From an uncultured Candidatus Saccharibacteria bacterium (GTDB lineage Bacteria > Patescibacteriota > Minisyncoccia > Phycocordibacterales > CAIZLB01), in contig CAZUJN010000001.1 in NCBI GenBank assembly GCA_964620475.1, forward strand, positions 83,497 to 147,496: a stretch of DNA of 64,000 nt, in the 5' to 3' direction. The notes beneath the pieces were generated by a model. The model had not been told where the DNA came from. It was given only the letters and a program-made list of their open reading frames with translations, and ran no database searches. The position numbers and the translations under genes were made by a program. Every line of letters begins with the position of its first letter. Position 1 is the stretch's first letter. Below are positions 9,452 to 19,613 of the stretch, piece by piece.

Positions 9452-10675
9452 ATGTATATGAAGTTTATCTATACAGCAAAGAGAATTGATAATTCCACTT
9501 ATGATGCTATTTTAGTTGCTGATTCGAAAACAGATTTATTTGATAAAGTAAAACAGAATGGCGATACTTTGATTTCTTATAAAATAGAAAAGGGTATTAA
9601 CTGGAAGGATAAAATAGATAATTATTTGATGTCTTTATCTAAAATAAAAACTGTAGATAAGATTATTTTTGCTAGAAACTTGGCTAATATGATAGAGGCG
9701 GGTCTATCTTTAACCCGTGCTATATCTGTAATGGAAAAACAGATTAAAAATAAAAAATTAAAAAATATATATAAAGAGATTAATCAAGATATAGCAAGTG
9801 GAAAGAGCTTTCATGAGGCTTTATTGAAGTTTAACAATGTTTTTCCTGCTGTATTTATATCTATGGTTAAGGCAGGTGAAGAAAGTGGTAATCTTGCAGA
9901 TTCTTTAAGGTCTATAGCCACTCAAATGGAAGCAACCTATAAATTACAGAAGAAGATTAAGGGTGCTATGATATATCCTGGTGTTATTATGACTGTTATG
10001 TTGATTATTGGTGTTATCATGATGATGTTTGTGGTTCCAAAGTTAACCGCTACATTTAAAGATATAGGTGCTGATTTGCCCGGATCTACAAAGTTTATTA
10101 TTTGGTTAAGTGATACCTTAAGAAATCATTTCTTTATATTTACAATAATCCTATTGATAATAATGATTGTTATTTATAAGTTAATGCACACAAGAGGCGG
10201 TAAGGATTTGTTTGATAGTATAATAATAAAATTACCTGTATTTGGGCAAATAGTTAAAGAATCTAATTCAGCTAAGACCGCAAGAACTATGTCTTCTCTG
10301 ATAGGTTCTGGTGTAAATCTTATACAATGTGTTGAAATAACCAATGAGGTTATACAAAATAATTCATATAGAAAAGTTCTTGATCAAGTAAAAATAAATG
10401 TTGAAAAGGGTAAGCCTATGTCAGAGGTATTTTCTAGAAATGAAAATCTATATCCAATATTTGTTGCTGAAATGGTAAATGTAGGCGAAGAGACAGGAAA
10501 ATTATCAAGTATGTTGCAAGGTGTTGCGACCTTTTATGAGAATGAGGTTGAACAAAAGACGAAAGATTTATCAACCATAGTAGAACCTCTGCTCATGGTT
10601 ATAGTGGGTAGCGCTGTTGGTTTTTTTGCTATATCAATGATTACACCAATGTATTCAGTAATGAATAATTTATAA
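9452..10675 (+). CDS. pilC: Type IV pilus platform protein (PilC/GspF)
   Basis: MVKAGEESGNL, KIKGAMIYP, MVNVGEETGKL, VEPLLMV. Confidence 0.92.
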   Translation: MYMKFIYTAKRIDNSTYDAILVADSKTDLFDKVKQNGDTLISYKIEKGINWKDKIDNYLMSLSKIKTVDKIIFARNLANMIEAGLSLTRAISVMEKQIKNKKLKNIYKEINQDIASGKSFHEALLKFNNVFPAVFISMVKAGEESGNLADSLRSIATQMEATYKLQKKIKGAMIYPGVIMTVMLIIGVIMMMFVVPKLTATFKDIGADLPGSTKFIIWLSDTLRNHFFIFTIILLIIMIVIYKLMHTRGGKDLFDSIIIKLPVFGQIVKESNSAKTARTMSSLIGSGVNLIQCVEITNEVIQNNSYRKVLDQVKINVEKGKPMSEVFSRNENLYPIFVAEMVNVGEETGKLSSMLQGVATFYENEVEQKTKDLSTIVEPLLMVIVGSAVGFFAISMITPMYSVMNNL

Positions 10676-10677
10676 TT

Positions 10678-11112
10678 ATGATTAAAATAAATTTAAAAAA
10701 TCGAGGATATACTTTTATAGAAATAATGGTGGTTTTATTTATAGTTTTTACAATATTAGGTATAACTGTAATATCATTTCATTCATTACAAAATAAACAA
10801 AGTCTTGATAAACAGGTCGATTTTATAAAATCCCTAATAATCGAAGCTAGACAGTCTGCTTTAAATTCTAAAAACGGCCGAGATCAGAAAATTATATTTT
10901 CAACTTCTTCTATTGCTTTAAATGAAAAGGTTTTTGATTTAGAAAATAATATACAATTAAGATCTTATTCTATGGCAACAAATACTATTATTTTTTATAG
11001 GGTTACAGGATTAGCCTCTGCTACTGGAACTATAGAATATGTTATTAGGAGAGATGATAAAGATTTCGCCACATCATCTATTATGATAAATGCTTTAGGT
11101 ATTATAGAATAA
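10678..11112 (+). CDS. Prepilin-type protein
   Basis: Class III signal RG|YTFIEIMVV. Confidence 0.85.
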   Translation: MIKINLKNRGYTFIEIMVVLFIVFTILGITVISFHSLQNKQSLDKQVDFIKSLIIEARQSALNSKNGRDQKIIFSTSSIALNEKVFDLENNIQLRSYSMATNTIIFYRVTGLASATGTIEYVIRRDDKDFATSSIMINALGIIE

Positions 11113-11119
11113 TAATAAG

Positions 11120-11605
11120 ATGCTTAAATATAAAAAAAATAAATTAGGTATATCTATAGCAGAAGTTATAGTTGCCTCGGCTATAATATCTGTTTTTATG
11201 TTAAGTATTGCAAATGTCTACAATAATTTAGTTAAGTTGTCGGTTGAAAATACGTATAAAACCCAAGCGGTTTTTCTGTTGGATGAAGGTGTGGAGGCGA
11301 TGAAAATGATGAGATCTTATTCTTGGAGTGATATAGCTAGTTCAACCCAGGGTGTTGATTATTATCTTATTTGGCAAAACAATAGATGGCAAGCCACAAC
11401 CACCCTAGTTATATCAGATGATGTTTTTATTAGAAAATATAATGTACAAAATGTTTATAGGGATGCTAATACATTAAATATTGTTTATAGCGGTGGTGTG
11501 TCTGATAATAATAGTAAGATTATAAATATGAAAGTTGAATGGAATTATAAAAATGCCACGAATACAAAAGACACAAGTTTTTATTTAATCAATATTTATG
11601 AGTAA
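11120..11605 (+). CDS. Minor pilin (PilV-like)
   Basis: LG|ISIAEVIVA, hydrophobic helix, EGVEAMK. Confidence 0.8.
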   Translation: MLKYKKNKLGISIAEVIVASAIISVFMLSIANVYNNLVKLSVENTYKTQAVFLLDEGVEAMKMMRSYSWSDIASSTQGVDYYLIWQNNRWQATTTLVISDDVFIRKYNVQNVYRDANTLNIVYSGGVSDNNSKIINMKVEWNYKNATNTKDTSFYLINIYE

Positions 11606-12110
11606 TATGAAATATTTAAAAAAACAAAAAGGTTTTTCATTAATAGAGATTGTTATATATTTATCTTTGTTGATAATTGTGTCTGTGCTTGTTATACAGA
11701 GTTTGCTTTCATTGTTTAAAAACTATAATGTAGTTAGAGCTAATCAAGAATTAGAATCAACAGCAGTAAATATAATAGATAAAATAAACCGCGATGTAAA
11801 AGATTCTCAGGGTGTATTAATAGAACAGAGTTTGTTTCTTATTCCACAAGGTGTATTGACATTAAATAATTCTTCTACATCCACTACAAAATTTTCATAT
11901 GAGAATAATAGAATAAAATATTATAAGAATGATAGTTTTATAGCTAATCTTTCAAATAAAAGTATAAATGTTAATAATTTTAAAGTATATTTAATACAGA
12001 GTACTAGTACAAAAGCGGTTAGGATTGATTTAGGTTTAGATGTAAAACCCCATCTCTCACAAGAGGTTTTTAATAAAACTTTTCATACAACAATACAACT
12101 TAGAAAATAA
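11598..12110 (+). CDS. Minor pilin (PilW-like)
   Basis: KG|FSLIEIVIY. Confidence 0.85.
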   Translation: MSNMKYLKKQKGFSLIEIVIYLSLLIIVSVLVIQSLLSLFKNYNVVRANQELESTAVNIIDKINRDVKDSQGVLIEQSLFLIPQGVLTLNNSSTSTTKFSYENNRIKYYKNDSFIANLSNKSINVNNFKVYLIQSTSTKAVRIDLGLDVKPHLSQEVFNKTFHTTIQLRK

Positions 12111-12128
12111 TTAATATATAATGATTGT

Positions 12129-13889
12129 ATGAAGATTAAAAATACTCAAAAAGGAGCTATCATGATAGTAATGGTGTTATTTCTTATAATAATATCTTCG
12201 GCCATGTTGATTGGTATATCTTATCCAGTGTCTAATCAAGTAAAGGGCACAAGTGAGTATTTAAAATCAAAAGAAACTTTTGATATAGCAGATAGTCAGA
12301 TAGAAAATTCTCTATATAGATTTAATAAAGGTAAAAATGATGCACCCACTGATATATACCTCATGGGCGCAACAGCTACAGCAGAACTTGTTGAAATAGG
12401 TGGAGATAAAAGTGTCACCGTGAAGGGCAGTAAGAATATTTTTGAAAGATATATACAATCTGTTTTTACTAAAGGTGAAGGAACTTCTTTTAATTATGGA
12501 TTACAGGTTGGTAGCGGTGGTTTATATATGGATGGTTCTGCTAAAGTAATAGGTAATATATATGCAAATGGTGATATTGTAGGTCTAAGTGGCACACAAT
12601 GGTCTCAACAAAATGAAATAACAGGTACAGCTATCGCCGCTACTTTATCCAACCCTGTAGAGTCTATATCTATATATAATAATAGTGCAGGAACTACATT
12701 TGATATAGGGAGAACAAATTCAAATCAAGATATAGCCCAATCCTTTGTTGCGGCAACCACAACATCTATAAATGAAATACAGATATATATAAAAAAGACT
12801 GGTTTGCCAGCAAATGCTACGGTTAAAATAGTTAATAACGATAACGGTAATCCAGGATCAACTGTATTAACTTCAGGAACATTAATATCTACTTTAACAA
12901 CAAATTCATTTGCATATGTTCCTGTTGTGATGAACACATCTGTTAATCTGGTAAATGGAAATACATATTGGATTGTCATTGATGTATCATCAAATGATAA
13001 TAATGATTATTACTCTTTGAGGGTTTATGATAATCAATTTCCAGATTTTGTTTCCAAGCAAGGTAGATTTGTTAATAATCTAATAGATACAACTCCAAAT
13101 ACTTTGGATTTTGATATGAAAATATTGGTTGGTGGAGATAAGGGTATAATATCCGGAATTAAAGCAACCGAAGCTTGGGCAAATGTTGTTAATAACTCAA
13201 CTGTGTCTGGTACCATATATTGTCAAATAGGTAGTGGAAATAATAAATCATGTAATACATCAAAATCTGATCCTGTAACAGCTCCTTATCCTGTATCTGA
13301 TGCAAATATTTCTGAATGGAAATCATGGGCTGAATCTGGTGGTGCCACTTCAACAGTAAATATAGACTCATCTGATACTGTTTATCTTGGCCCTATGCGT
13401 ATTAATGGCGATTTAAATATATCTCAATCGGGTAAGTTATATATAACGGGTCCTATTTATGTGACAGGCATGGTAAGTGTAACAGGTTCAGGTAAAATAT
13501 TTGTTGACCCTTCATTGGACTCAGCTAGCGGTTTGATAATATCTGAGGGTTTAATCAATATAGGCGGATCTGGCGGTATATATGGATCAGGTCAACCCGG
13601 TAGTTATGTATTATTAAATTCTATGAGATCATGCACAGATTATACTAATTGTAATAATAACCCTGCTATATCTATATCAGGTTCAGCAGGTTCTGTTGTT
13701 CTAAATACACCAAATGGTGCTATTAAACTCTCTGGTTCAGCCAAAATAAAGGCCGGATCATCGAAAATGCTTATAATGGATGGTTCTACATCTGTGGAAT
13801 ATGAGACTGGTTTGACTAATATCAATTTCACCACTGGTCCATCAGGTTCATGGATTAAAAAGTTATGGTCAGAGGTTTTGGGACTGTGA
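12129..13889 (+). CDS. Large PilX-like minor pilin/adhesin
   Basis: KG|AIMIVMVL without Glu5; long Gly/Ser/Thr/Asn-rich beta region; last in the pilin cluster. Confidence 0.7.
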   Translation: MKIKNTQKGAIMIVMVLFLIIISSAMLIGISYPVSNQVKGTSEYLKSKETFDIADSQIENSLYRFNKGKNDAPTDIYLMGATATAELVEIGGDKSVTVKGSKNIFERYIQSVFTKGEGTSFNYGLQVGSGGLYMDGSAKVIGNIYANGDIVGLSGTQWSQQNEITGTAIAATLSNPVESISIYNNSAGTTFDIGRTNSNQDIAQSFVAATTTSINEIQIYIKKTGLPANATVKIVNNDNGNPGSTVLTSGTLISTLTTNSFAYVPVVMNTSVNLVNGNTYWIVIDVSSNDNNDYYSLRVYDNQFPDFVSKQGRFVNNLIDTTPNTLDFDMKILVGGDKGIISGIKATEAWANVVNNSTVSGTIYCQIGSGNNKSCNTSKSDPVTAPYPVSDANISEWKSWAESGGATSTVNIDSSDTVYLGPMRINGDLNISQSGKLYITGPIYVTGMVSVTGSGKIFVDPSLDSASGLIISEGLINIGGSGGIYGSGQPGSYVLLNSMRSCTDYTNCNNNPAISISGSAGSVVLNTPNGAIKLSGSAKIKAGSSKMLIMDGSTSVEYETGLTNINFTTGPSGSWIKKLWSEVLGL

Positions 13890-13901
13890 TATAATTCTTT
13901 T

Positions 13902-14711
13902 ATGATTTCTAAAAAACCTATTGTTGTTGCGAATTGGAAAGCATCACAAAATAATTATAAATTAACAGAGAAAAAAATAGGTTCTCTTTTAAAGAATTTA
14001 AATAAAGACAAAACGAAAGTTGATCTAATAATAGCTCCTAATTTTTTATTTTTACAAAATTTAAAAAAGATTTTTAAAAAAAGTATAGGCCTATCTGCAC
14101 AAGACGCTTCTGTATTTGAAGATGGTTCACACACAGGAGAAACAACCTCAGAATCAATAAAGGATGTGGGTATAGATTATGTGATAATCGGTCATAGTGA
14201 AAGGAGAGATCAAGGTGATACACAGGATATGATTATTAAAAAAATACAGAACTCTTTAAAAAATGATTTAAAAGTTATATATTGTATCGGTGAAAAAGAA
14301 AGAGATAATGGTGTAAAATATTTAAAATTGATAGAAGATCAAATAGTTTCTGTGTTCAATAATGTAGACAAGAAGAAGTTTGAAAATGTCATATTAGCAT
14401 ATGAACCTGTTTGGGCGATTAATAATAAAGATAATTTATCTATAGATGCACATTCATTGCATAGCATGGTGATTTATATTAGAAAAATATTATTAGAAAA
14501 ATATGGTGATAATATTTCTAAAAATATAAATATACTTTATGGCGGATCTATCACAAAAGAGAATGCTCAAGATATATTATGGAACGGTGAAGTGCAAGGT
14601 TTACTTATAGGTCGAGCATCATGGGATAATGATAGCTTAGCCTCTATAATAAAAAATATAATTATTAATCCAAAGAAAAATATACTAAAAGTTTATGGAA
14701 ATAAAAAATAA
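13902..14711 (+). CDS. tpiA: Triosephosphate isomerase
   Basis: VANWK, IGHSERR, AYEPVWAI, LYGGS. Confidence 0.95.
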   Translation: MISKKPIVVANWKASQNNYKLTEKKIGSLLKNLNKDKTKVDLIIAPNFLFLQNLKKIFKKSIGLSAQDASVFEDGSHTGETTSESIKDVGIDYVIIGHSERRDQGDTQDMIIKKIQNSLKNDLKVIYCIGEKERDNGVKYLKLIEDQIVSVFNNVDKKKFENVILAYEPVWAINNKDNLSIDAHSLHSMVIYIRKILLEKYGDNISKNINILYGGSITKENAQDILWNGEVQGLLIGRASWDNDSLASIIKNIIINPKKNILKVYGNKK

Positions 14712-15861
14712 AAGAGTCTTTTTAAGAGCTGATTTTAATGTACCTATTCAAGGGGGAATTGTAAAAGATGATTATAGAATAAAAACTACAATTGATACTT
14801 TAAAGATTCTAAAAGATGGTAATAATAAGACATTATTGGTTTCTCATATAGAAACAAAAGACATTGAAAAATCTACTTTAAAACCAGTTTTTGAATATTT
14901 GAAAAATAATTTCACAGATTTCACTTTTCATTTTTTGGAGAATGTCGGATGTTTAGATGATATAAAAAATGCTTTCGAGGGTGTAAAAGAAGGTGAATTT
15001 CTATTGTTGGAAAATATTAGAAATTTATCTGGAGAGAAAGATAATGATATAGAGTTAGCTAATTTCTTTCACTCTATAACTGATTTTTATATAAATGATG
15101 CTTTTGCGGTTTCTCATAGGAATCATATGTCTGTGTCTGCTTTGCCTAAAATATTTACAAGAGAAAATAAAATGTTTGGAGTTCAGATGCAAAAAGAAAT
15201 AGATAATCTATCTAAAATAATAAATCCGAATACACCTGTCGCTGTTATATTATCTGGAGCAAAATTTTCCACTAAACTTCCCCTAATACAAAAATATTTA
15301 AATACCGCTGATAATATTTTTATAGGTGGTGCATTGTATAATAATATTTTAAAATCTCTGGGATATAATGTCGGTTCATCATTAATAGATAAAGACGCAT
15401 CGTATATAGATGAGATGATTAAAACTGATAATTTTAAAAATAAAGTTTATATATCTGAATATGTTGTTGTTAAGGATATTAATACAGGGGAGATAAAAAT
15501 TAAAAATATAAAAGAGGTTTTAGAATCAGAAACAATACAAGATATAGACAATCAAAGTGTGTATGAGTTTATTAATACTATAAAAAATAAAAATGCACAG
15601 ACTATAATTTGGAATGGCCCTCTTGGAAATTATGAAATAGATGATTTTAAAAAAGGAACAAGGTTTTTAGCTGAAGAGTTAATAAAGTTTGTTAATGAAT
15701 CATCTGCAAGTTTGTATATAGGTGGAGGTGATACTGTTGCTTCTATAAACGATATGAATATTGTTAATAACAAAATATTTGTATCTACTGGAGGTGGAGC
15801 AATGCTTGAATTTTTGGAAAAAGATGGAAAAATTCCTGGGGTTGTTAATGTGACTATGTAG
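14695..15861 (+). CDS. pgk: Phosphoglycerate kinase
   Basis: RADFNVP, LLENIR, NDAFAVSHR, WNGPLG, GGGDT, STGGGAMLEFL. Confidence 0.95.
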   Translation: MEIKNKRVFLRADFNVPIQGGIVKDDYRIKTTIDTLKILKDGNNKTLLVSHIETKDIEKSTLKPVFEYLKNNFTDFTFHFLENVGCLDDIKNAFEGVKEGEFLLLENIRNLSGEKDNDIELANFFHSITDFYINDAFAVSHRNHMSVSALPKIFTRENKMFGVQMQKEIDNLSKIINPNTPVAVILSGAKFSTKLPLIQKYLNTADNIFIGGALYNNILKSLGYNVGSSLIDKDASYIDEMIKTDNFKNKVYISEYVVVKDINTGEIKIKNIKEVLESETIQDIDNQSVYEFINTIKNKNAQTIIWNGPLGNYEIDDFKKGTRFLAEELIKFVNESSASLYIGGGDTVASINDMNIVNNKIFVSTGGGAMLEFLEKDGKIPGVVNVTM

Positions 15862-15936
15862 GGTTGACTTAAAAAAACAAAGTTGTATAGTTATTACATG
15901 CTCGTTGGATAGTCCCTCGAGTGAACCAAAAACCTC

Positions 15937-16161
15937 ATGAAAACTTTGCTTCTGACCGCAATGTCGGCCGCTGTTTTCACCGCATCGTCTGTTGCGGATA
16001 ATGTGCCGGTTGAAAAGCTGGCGGTAACAAGCGTTCAAAACCAAATCCCTGGACCTCAAAAGGACAACGGTGTCCCTTGGTGGTTAGTCGGAGGAATCAT
16101 GTTTTGGTTGATCATCGATCTCACCACTGAAACTTCTCGGTACCGTGAGACTGACGATTGA
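15937..16161 (+). CDS. Small orphan with signal peptide and C-terminal hydrophobic segment
   Basis: GC-richer than neighbours; upstream TTGACT-16-TATAGT; downstream GC hairpin. Confidence 0.55.
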   Translation: MKTLLLTAMSAAVFTASSVADNVPVEKLAVTSVQNQIPGPQKDNGVPWWLVGGIMFWLIIDLTTETSRYRETDD

Positions 16162-16440
16162 CCCTTGCGACACCTCTATTTCTCGGTATCCTGCCTAACG
16201 GCGGGACCCGAGATTTTTATTTTTTGTTGTGATATAAATTATCTGTATGACCTTAAGACGTATTATAATATTTCTACTCATTCTTATAACTATCTACATC
16301 CTAACCTGTTACCACCGATGAGTAATCAAGAAATAACAATTGCCATTCTAATTATTTCTCTCCTGATAATTTTGAGAGATAAACGAGAGGGAAACACGCC
16401 ATAACAAAACCCCAGCCTAACGGCCGGGGTTGGTTTATTA

Positions 16441-16818
16441 TTATTTTTTAGATTTTATTAATGGATCACACGGTTTTACCGCGAATCTTCCACTACCAGA
16501 CAAGAATAATACTATAGAGCCTATAAGTAATACTATTGCACTACTGTCACCTTTACTGTAATAAACTGCACCTGACATTATTATGACAGCACCCAATGCA
16601 GCAAGTTTTGTCCAAACCCCAAATAGTATTCCTAAGCCCGTTAATAATTCGCCTATAGCAACAGCCCAAGCTGTAGTTGTACTCAAACCAAACACTGTAT
16701 TAAACATAGATACAGCCTGATCCATATTTGATAACTTCATGTATCCGGCTAGTATCAACATTGCACCAACTATTATTCTTATAATTAATAAAATTGTATT
16801 TGTTATTTTGTTTTTCAT
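16441..16818 (-). CDS. DoxX family membrane protein
   Basis: RIIVGAMLILAGYMKL, ELLTGLGILFG, GSGRFAV. Confidence 0.85.
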   Translation of the reverse strand: MKNKITNTILLIIRIIVGAMLILAGYMKLSNMDQAVSMFNTVFGLSTTTAWAVAIGELLTGLGILFGVWTKLAALGAVIIMSGAVYYSKGDSSAIVLLIGSIVLFLSGSGRFAVKPCDPLIKSKK

Positions 16819-16825
16819 ATATAAA

Positions 16826-17269
16826 TTATAACACCTCTATTATTTTTTGTGCTACCTCTTCCATCTCGCCGGCTATATATGTATATTTACTATCTTCGAA
16901 ATCATTATATTTGGGTATTACATGTATGTGAGAATGAAATATATCTTGTCCTGCACCACTTTCATTATTCATCAATATATTTATACCATCAGCACTTAAA
17001 CCATTTTTGATAGCTATAGCTATTTTTTGTGCAGTGATATTTATATGACACCAAGTCTCAACAGGGGTGCTGTATATATTTTCAAAATGACTTTTAGGTA
17101 TTATCAGGGCATGTCCTCGGGTTTTAGGTTTAATGTCTAGAAAAACTAAACTATTATCATCTTCATAGATTTTTACCGCTGGTATCTCATTTCTTATTAT
17201 TTTACAAAACACACAATCAGCTTCTATTTGGGCATCATCATGTATTTCTCTGTTGTCATTTGTATTCAT
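16826..17269 (-). CDS. HIT family hydrolase
   Basis: CVFCKII, GHALIIPK, HSHIH triad. Confidence 0.93.
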   Translation of the reverse strand: MNTNDNREIHDDAQIEADCVFCKIIRNEIPAVKIYEDDNSLVFLDIKPKTRGHALIIPKSHFENIYSTPVETWCHINITAQKIAIAIKNGLSADGINILMNNESGAGQDIFHSHIHVIPKYNDFEDSKYTYIAGEMEEVAQKIIEVL

Positions 17270-17292
17270 GAAAGTATGATATCATATATGCC

Positions 17293-19059
17293 ATGTTAGA
17301 GACCATAGATAATAACTTCGCTAAGAAGATACTGAGAGATAGGGGTTTTACAAAAGGTGAGATAGAGGATTTTCTTAACCCTGTATATATAGAAGATAAA
17401 GCGGGTTTGTATGATGCTAAAAAGATGAAGGATATAGATAAAGCCATAAGTCGTGTCTGGGAAGCTGTAGATAACAATGAGAAGATTTGTATATATTCTG
17501 ACTATGACGCTGATGGAGTTCCTGGTGCTGTGATATTACATCAATTTTTTAAGAAAATAGGTTTTGAGGAAAATGTGATAGTTAAGATACCTCATAGACA
17601 TCGTGATGGTTTTGGTTTACATAAACATCTTATAGATGAGGTTAAGAAAGAGGGGGTGAGTTTACTTATAACTATAGACTTAGGAATATCAAATGTTAAA
17701 GAAGTTGATCATGCAAATGATCTGGGTATAGATGTGATAATAACAGATCATCATCAACCGCATGAAGAATTGCCAAGAGCGTATGCTATCCTAAATTCAA
17801 AACAAGATGATTGTAATTATCCAGAGAAGAATTTGTGTGGTGCAGGGGTGATATTTAAATTAATACATCTTTTAATAGAGGGAGCTAAAAGTAGAGGTTA
17901 TAAGATAACTCAAGGTTTTGAAAAATGGCTATTGGACATGGCGGGTCTGGCTACCATATCAGACATGGTACCTTTGATCGGTGAAAACAGAATACTGGCT
18001 TTTTATGGTTTAAAGGTCTTACAGAAAAATCGTCGGCCTGGCCTTTATCATTTATTAAAAAAAATGAAAATAGATGAAAGATATTTAGATGAGGGTGATA
18101 TAGGTTTCTCTATATCACCGTGTATAAATGCTGCTTCACGCATGAATCACGCTGATGATGCTTTTATGCTACTTTCTTCGGATGATGAGAATGAAACAGT
18201 AAAACTTGCTGATCAACTTATAGGTTTGAATAAATTAAGAAAAGATTCTGCAAATGAATTGATTAATGATATAAAAAATAAAATCGACTCATCTAAAATA
18301 GGTGACATTATAGTAATAGGTGATGAAAATTGGTCCCCCACTATCTTAGGTCCTGCTGCTTCACAGCTGGTAAGACAGTTTCAGGTTCCGGTTTTTATCT
18401 ATGCAGCTGACGGCGGTGAAATGTTTCGTGGATCATGTCGATCTGTAAAAGACATCTCTTTAACTGAAATCATGCATCATGTGTCTCCAGGTTTTTTTAC
18501 AGAGTTTGGTGGACATCATGCATCAGGAGGTTTTGCTTTTATCAAAGAAAAGAAAGATTTATTTGAAAATGAAATTAAAAATGCATTTCAAAAATATAAA
18601 AGTCAAAGACAACATATTGTCGAAGAAGATGAAGCTTTAGAAAAAATTTACAATATCTCACATGAGCATATAACAACTATTGTAAGTCATTTGAAACAGA
18701 TGAAGCCATTCGGGATGAATAACCCAAATCCTCTCTTCTGTATAAGAAACGTTTCATTGTCTGAGATACGATATTTTGGTAAACAAAAAGAACATATAGA
18801 GTTCCTATTAAAAGACTATATGAAAGAAGATGGAAGTATAGAAAATGTTACACCAGAATTGTTTAGAGATGTATATAAATATTCTGAAAAATTTTCTAAA
18901 AAAGACATTGTAAGGTACATTAGTTTCTTTGCTGAAAATCATTTACAAGATGTTTCAAAGGATGTTAGACATGATATATATGGTCGTATAGAAGAAAGTT
19001 ATTTTTTGGGTAAAAGAGAAATTCGTGTTAAAGTTGAATATATAAATGTTTCAAAATAA
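17293..19059 (+). CDS. recJ: ssDNA exonuclease RecJ
   Basis: SDYDADG, ITDHH, ATISDMVPL, INAASR, FGGH, PFGMNNP. Confidence 0.93.
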   Translation: MLETIDNNFAKKILRDRGFTKGEIEDFLNPVYIEDKAGLYDAKKMKDIDKAISRVWEAVDNNEKICIYSDYDADGVPGAVILHQFFKKIGFEENVIVKIPHRHRDGFGLHKHLIDEVKKEGVSLLITIDLGISNVKEVDHANDLGIDVIITDHHQPHEELPRAYAILNSKQDDCNYPEKNLCGAGVIFKLIHLLIEGAKSRGYKITQGFEKWLLDMAGLATISDMVPLIGENRILAFYGLKVLQKNRRPGLYHLLKKMKIDERYLDEGDIGFSISPCINAASRMNHADDAFMLLSSDDENETVKLADQLIGLNKLRKDSANELINDIKNKIDSSKIGDIIVIGDENWSPTILGPAASQLVRQFQVPVFIYAADGGEMFRGSCRSVKDISLTEIMHHVSPGFFTEFGGHHASGGFAFIKEKKDLFENEIKNAFQKYKSQRQHIVEEDEALEKIYNISHEHITTIVSHLKQMKPFGMNNPNPLFCIRNVSLSEIRYFGKQKEHIEFLLKDYMKEDGSIENVTPELFRDVYKYSEKFSKKDIVRYISFFAENHLQDVSKDVRHDIYGRIEESYFLGKREIRVKVEYINVSK

Positions 19060-19570
19060 TCAAATAACAATATACACAGATGGTTCATCAAGAGGTAATC
19101 CTGGTCCAGGAGGCTTTGCTTCTATTGTAGTTATTCATGGTCAAAGGGTTATAGAGCTTGGTGGACATGATACACATACAACAAATAATAAGATGGAATT
19201 ATCTGGGGTTATAGAAGGATTAAAAGTTTCATTGAATAACATTGATGCAGGTGTAAAAAATATTAAAGTTTATTCTGATTCAAAATATGTTTTGAATGGT
19301 ATAACATCATGGATACACGGTTGGAAAAAAAATAATTGGCGAACTTCAGCTAAAAAAGAGGTGTTAAATCAAGATCTGTGGCAGGAATTAGATAAACTAG
19401 TTGAAACAGTTTCACAAAAAGATATAAAGATAGAATGGAATTATGTTAAAGGACATGCAGATAATCCGTATAACAACAGAGCGGACATTATAGCGACAAC
19501 ATGTGCCGATGAAGGTTACACAAAAGTCCTATATGATGGCGATATGGATAGTTGGAAGAAAACTTTATAA
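19046..19570 (+). CDS. rnhA: Ribonuclease HI
   Basis: YTDGSSRGNPGPGG, TNNKMEL, SDSKY, VKGHA, NNRAD. Confidence 0.95.
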   Translation: MFQNNQITIYTDGSSRGNPGPGGFASIVVIHGQRVIELGGHDTHTTNNKMELSGVIEGLKVSLNNIDAGVKNIKVYSDSKYVLNGITSWIHGWKKNNWRTSAKKEVLNQDLWQELDKLVETVSQKDIKIEWNYVKGHADNPYNNRADIIATTCADEGYTKVLYDGDMDSWKKTL

Positions 19571-19613
19571 AGTCTTTATCAAAAGTTTAAGGTAAAAATG
19601 GCACAATGTCTGG

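Noticed and set aside
16165-16404. 79-aa ORF as listed
   Set aside because: Non-ATG start and runs through a terminator hairpin; only the last 28 codons are plausible.
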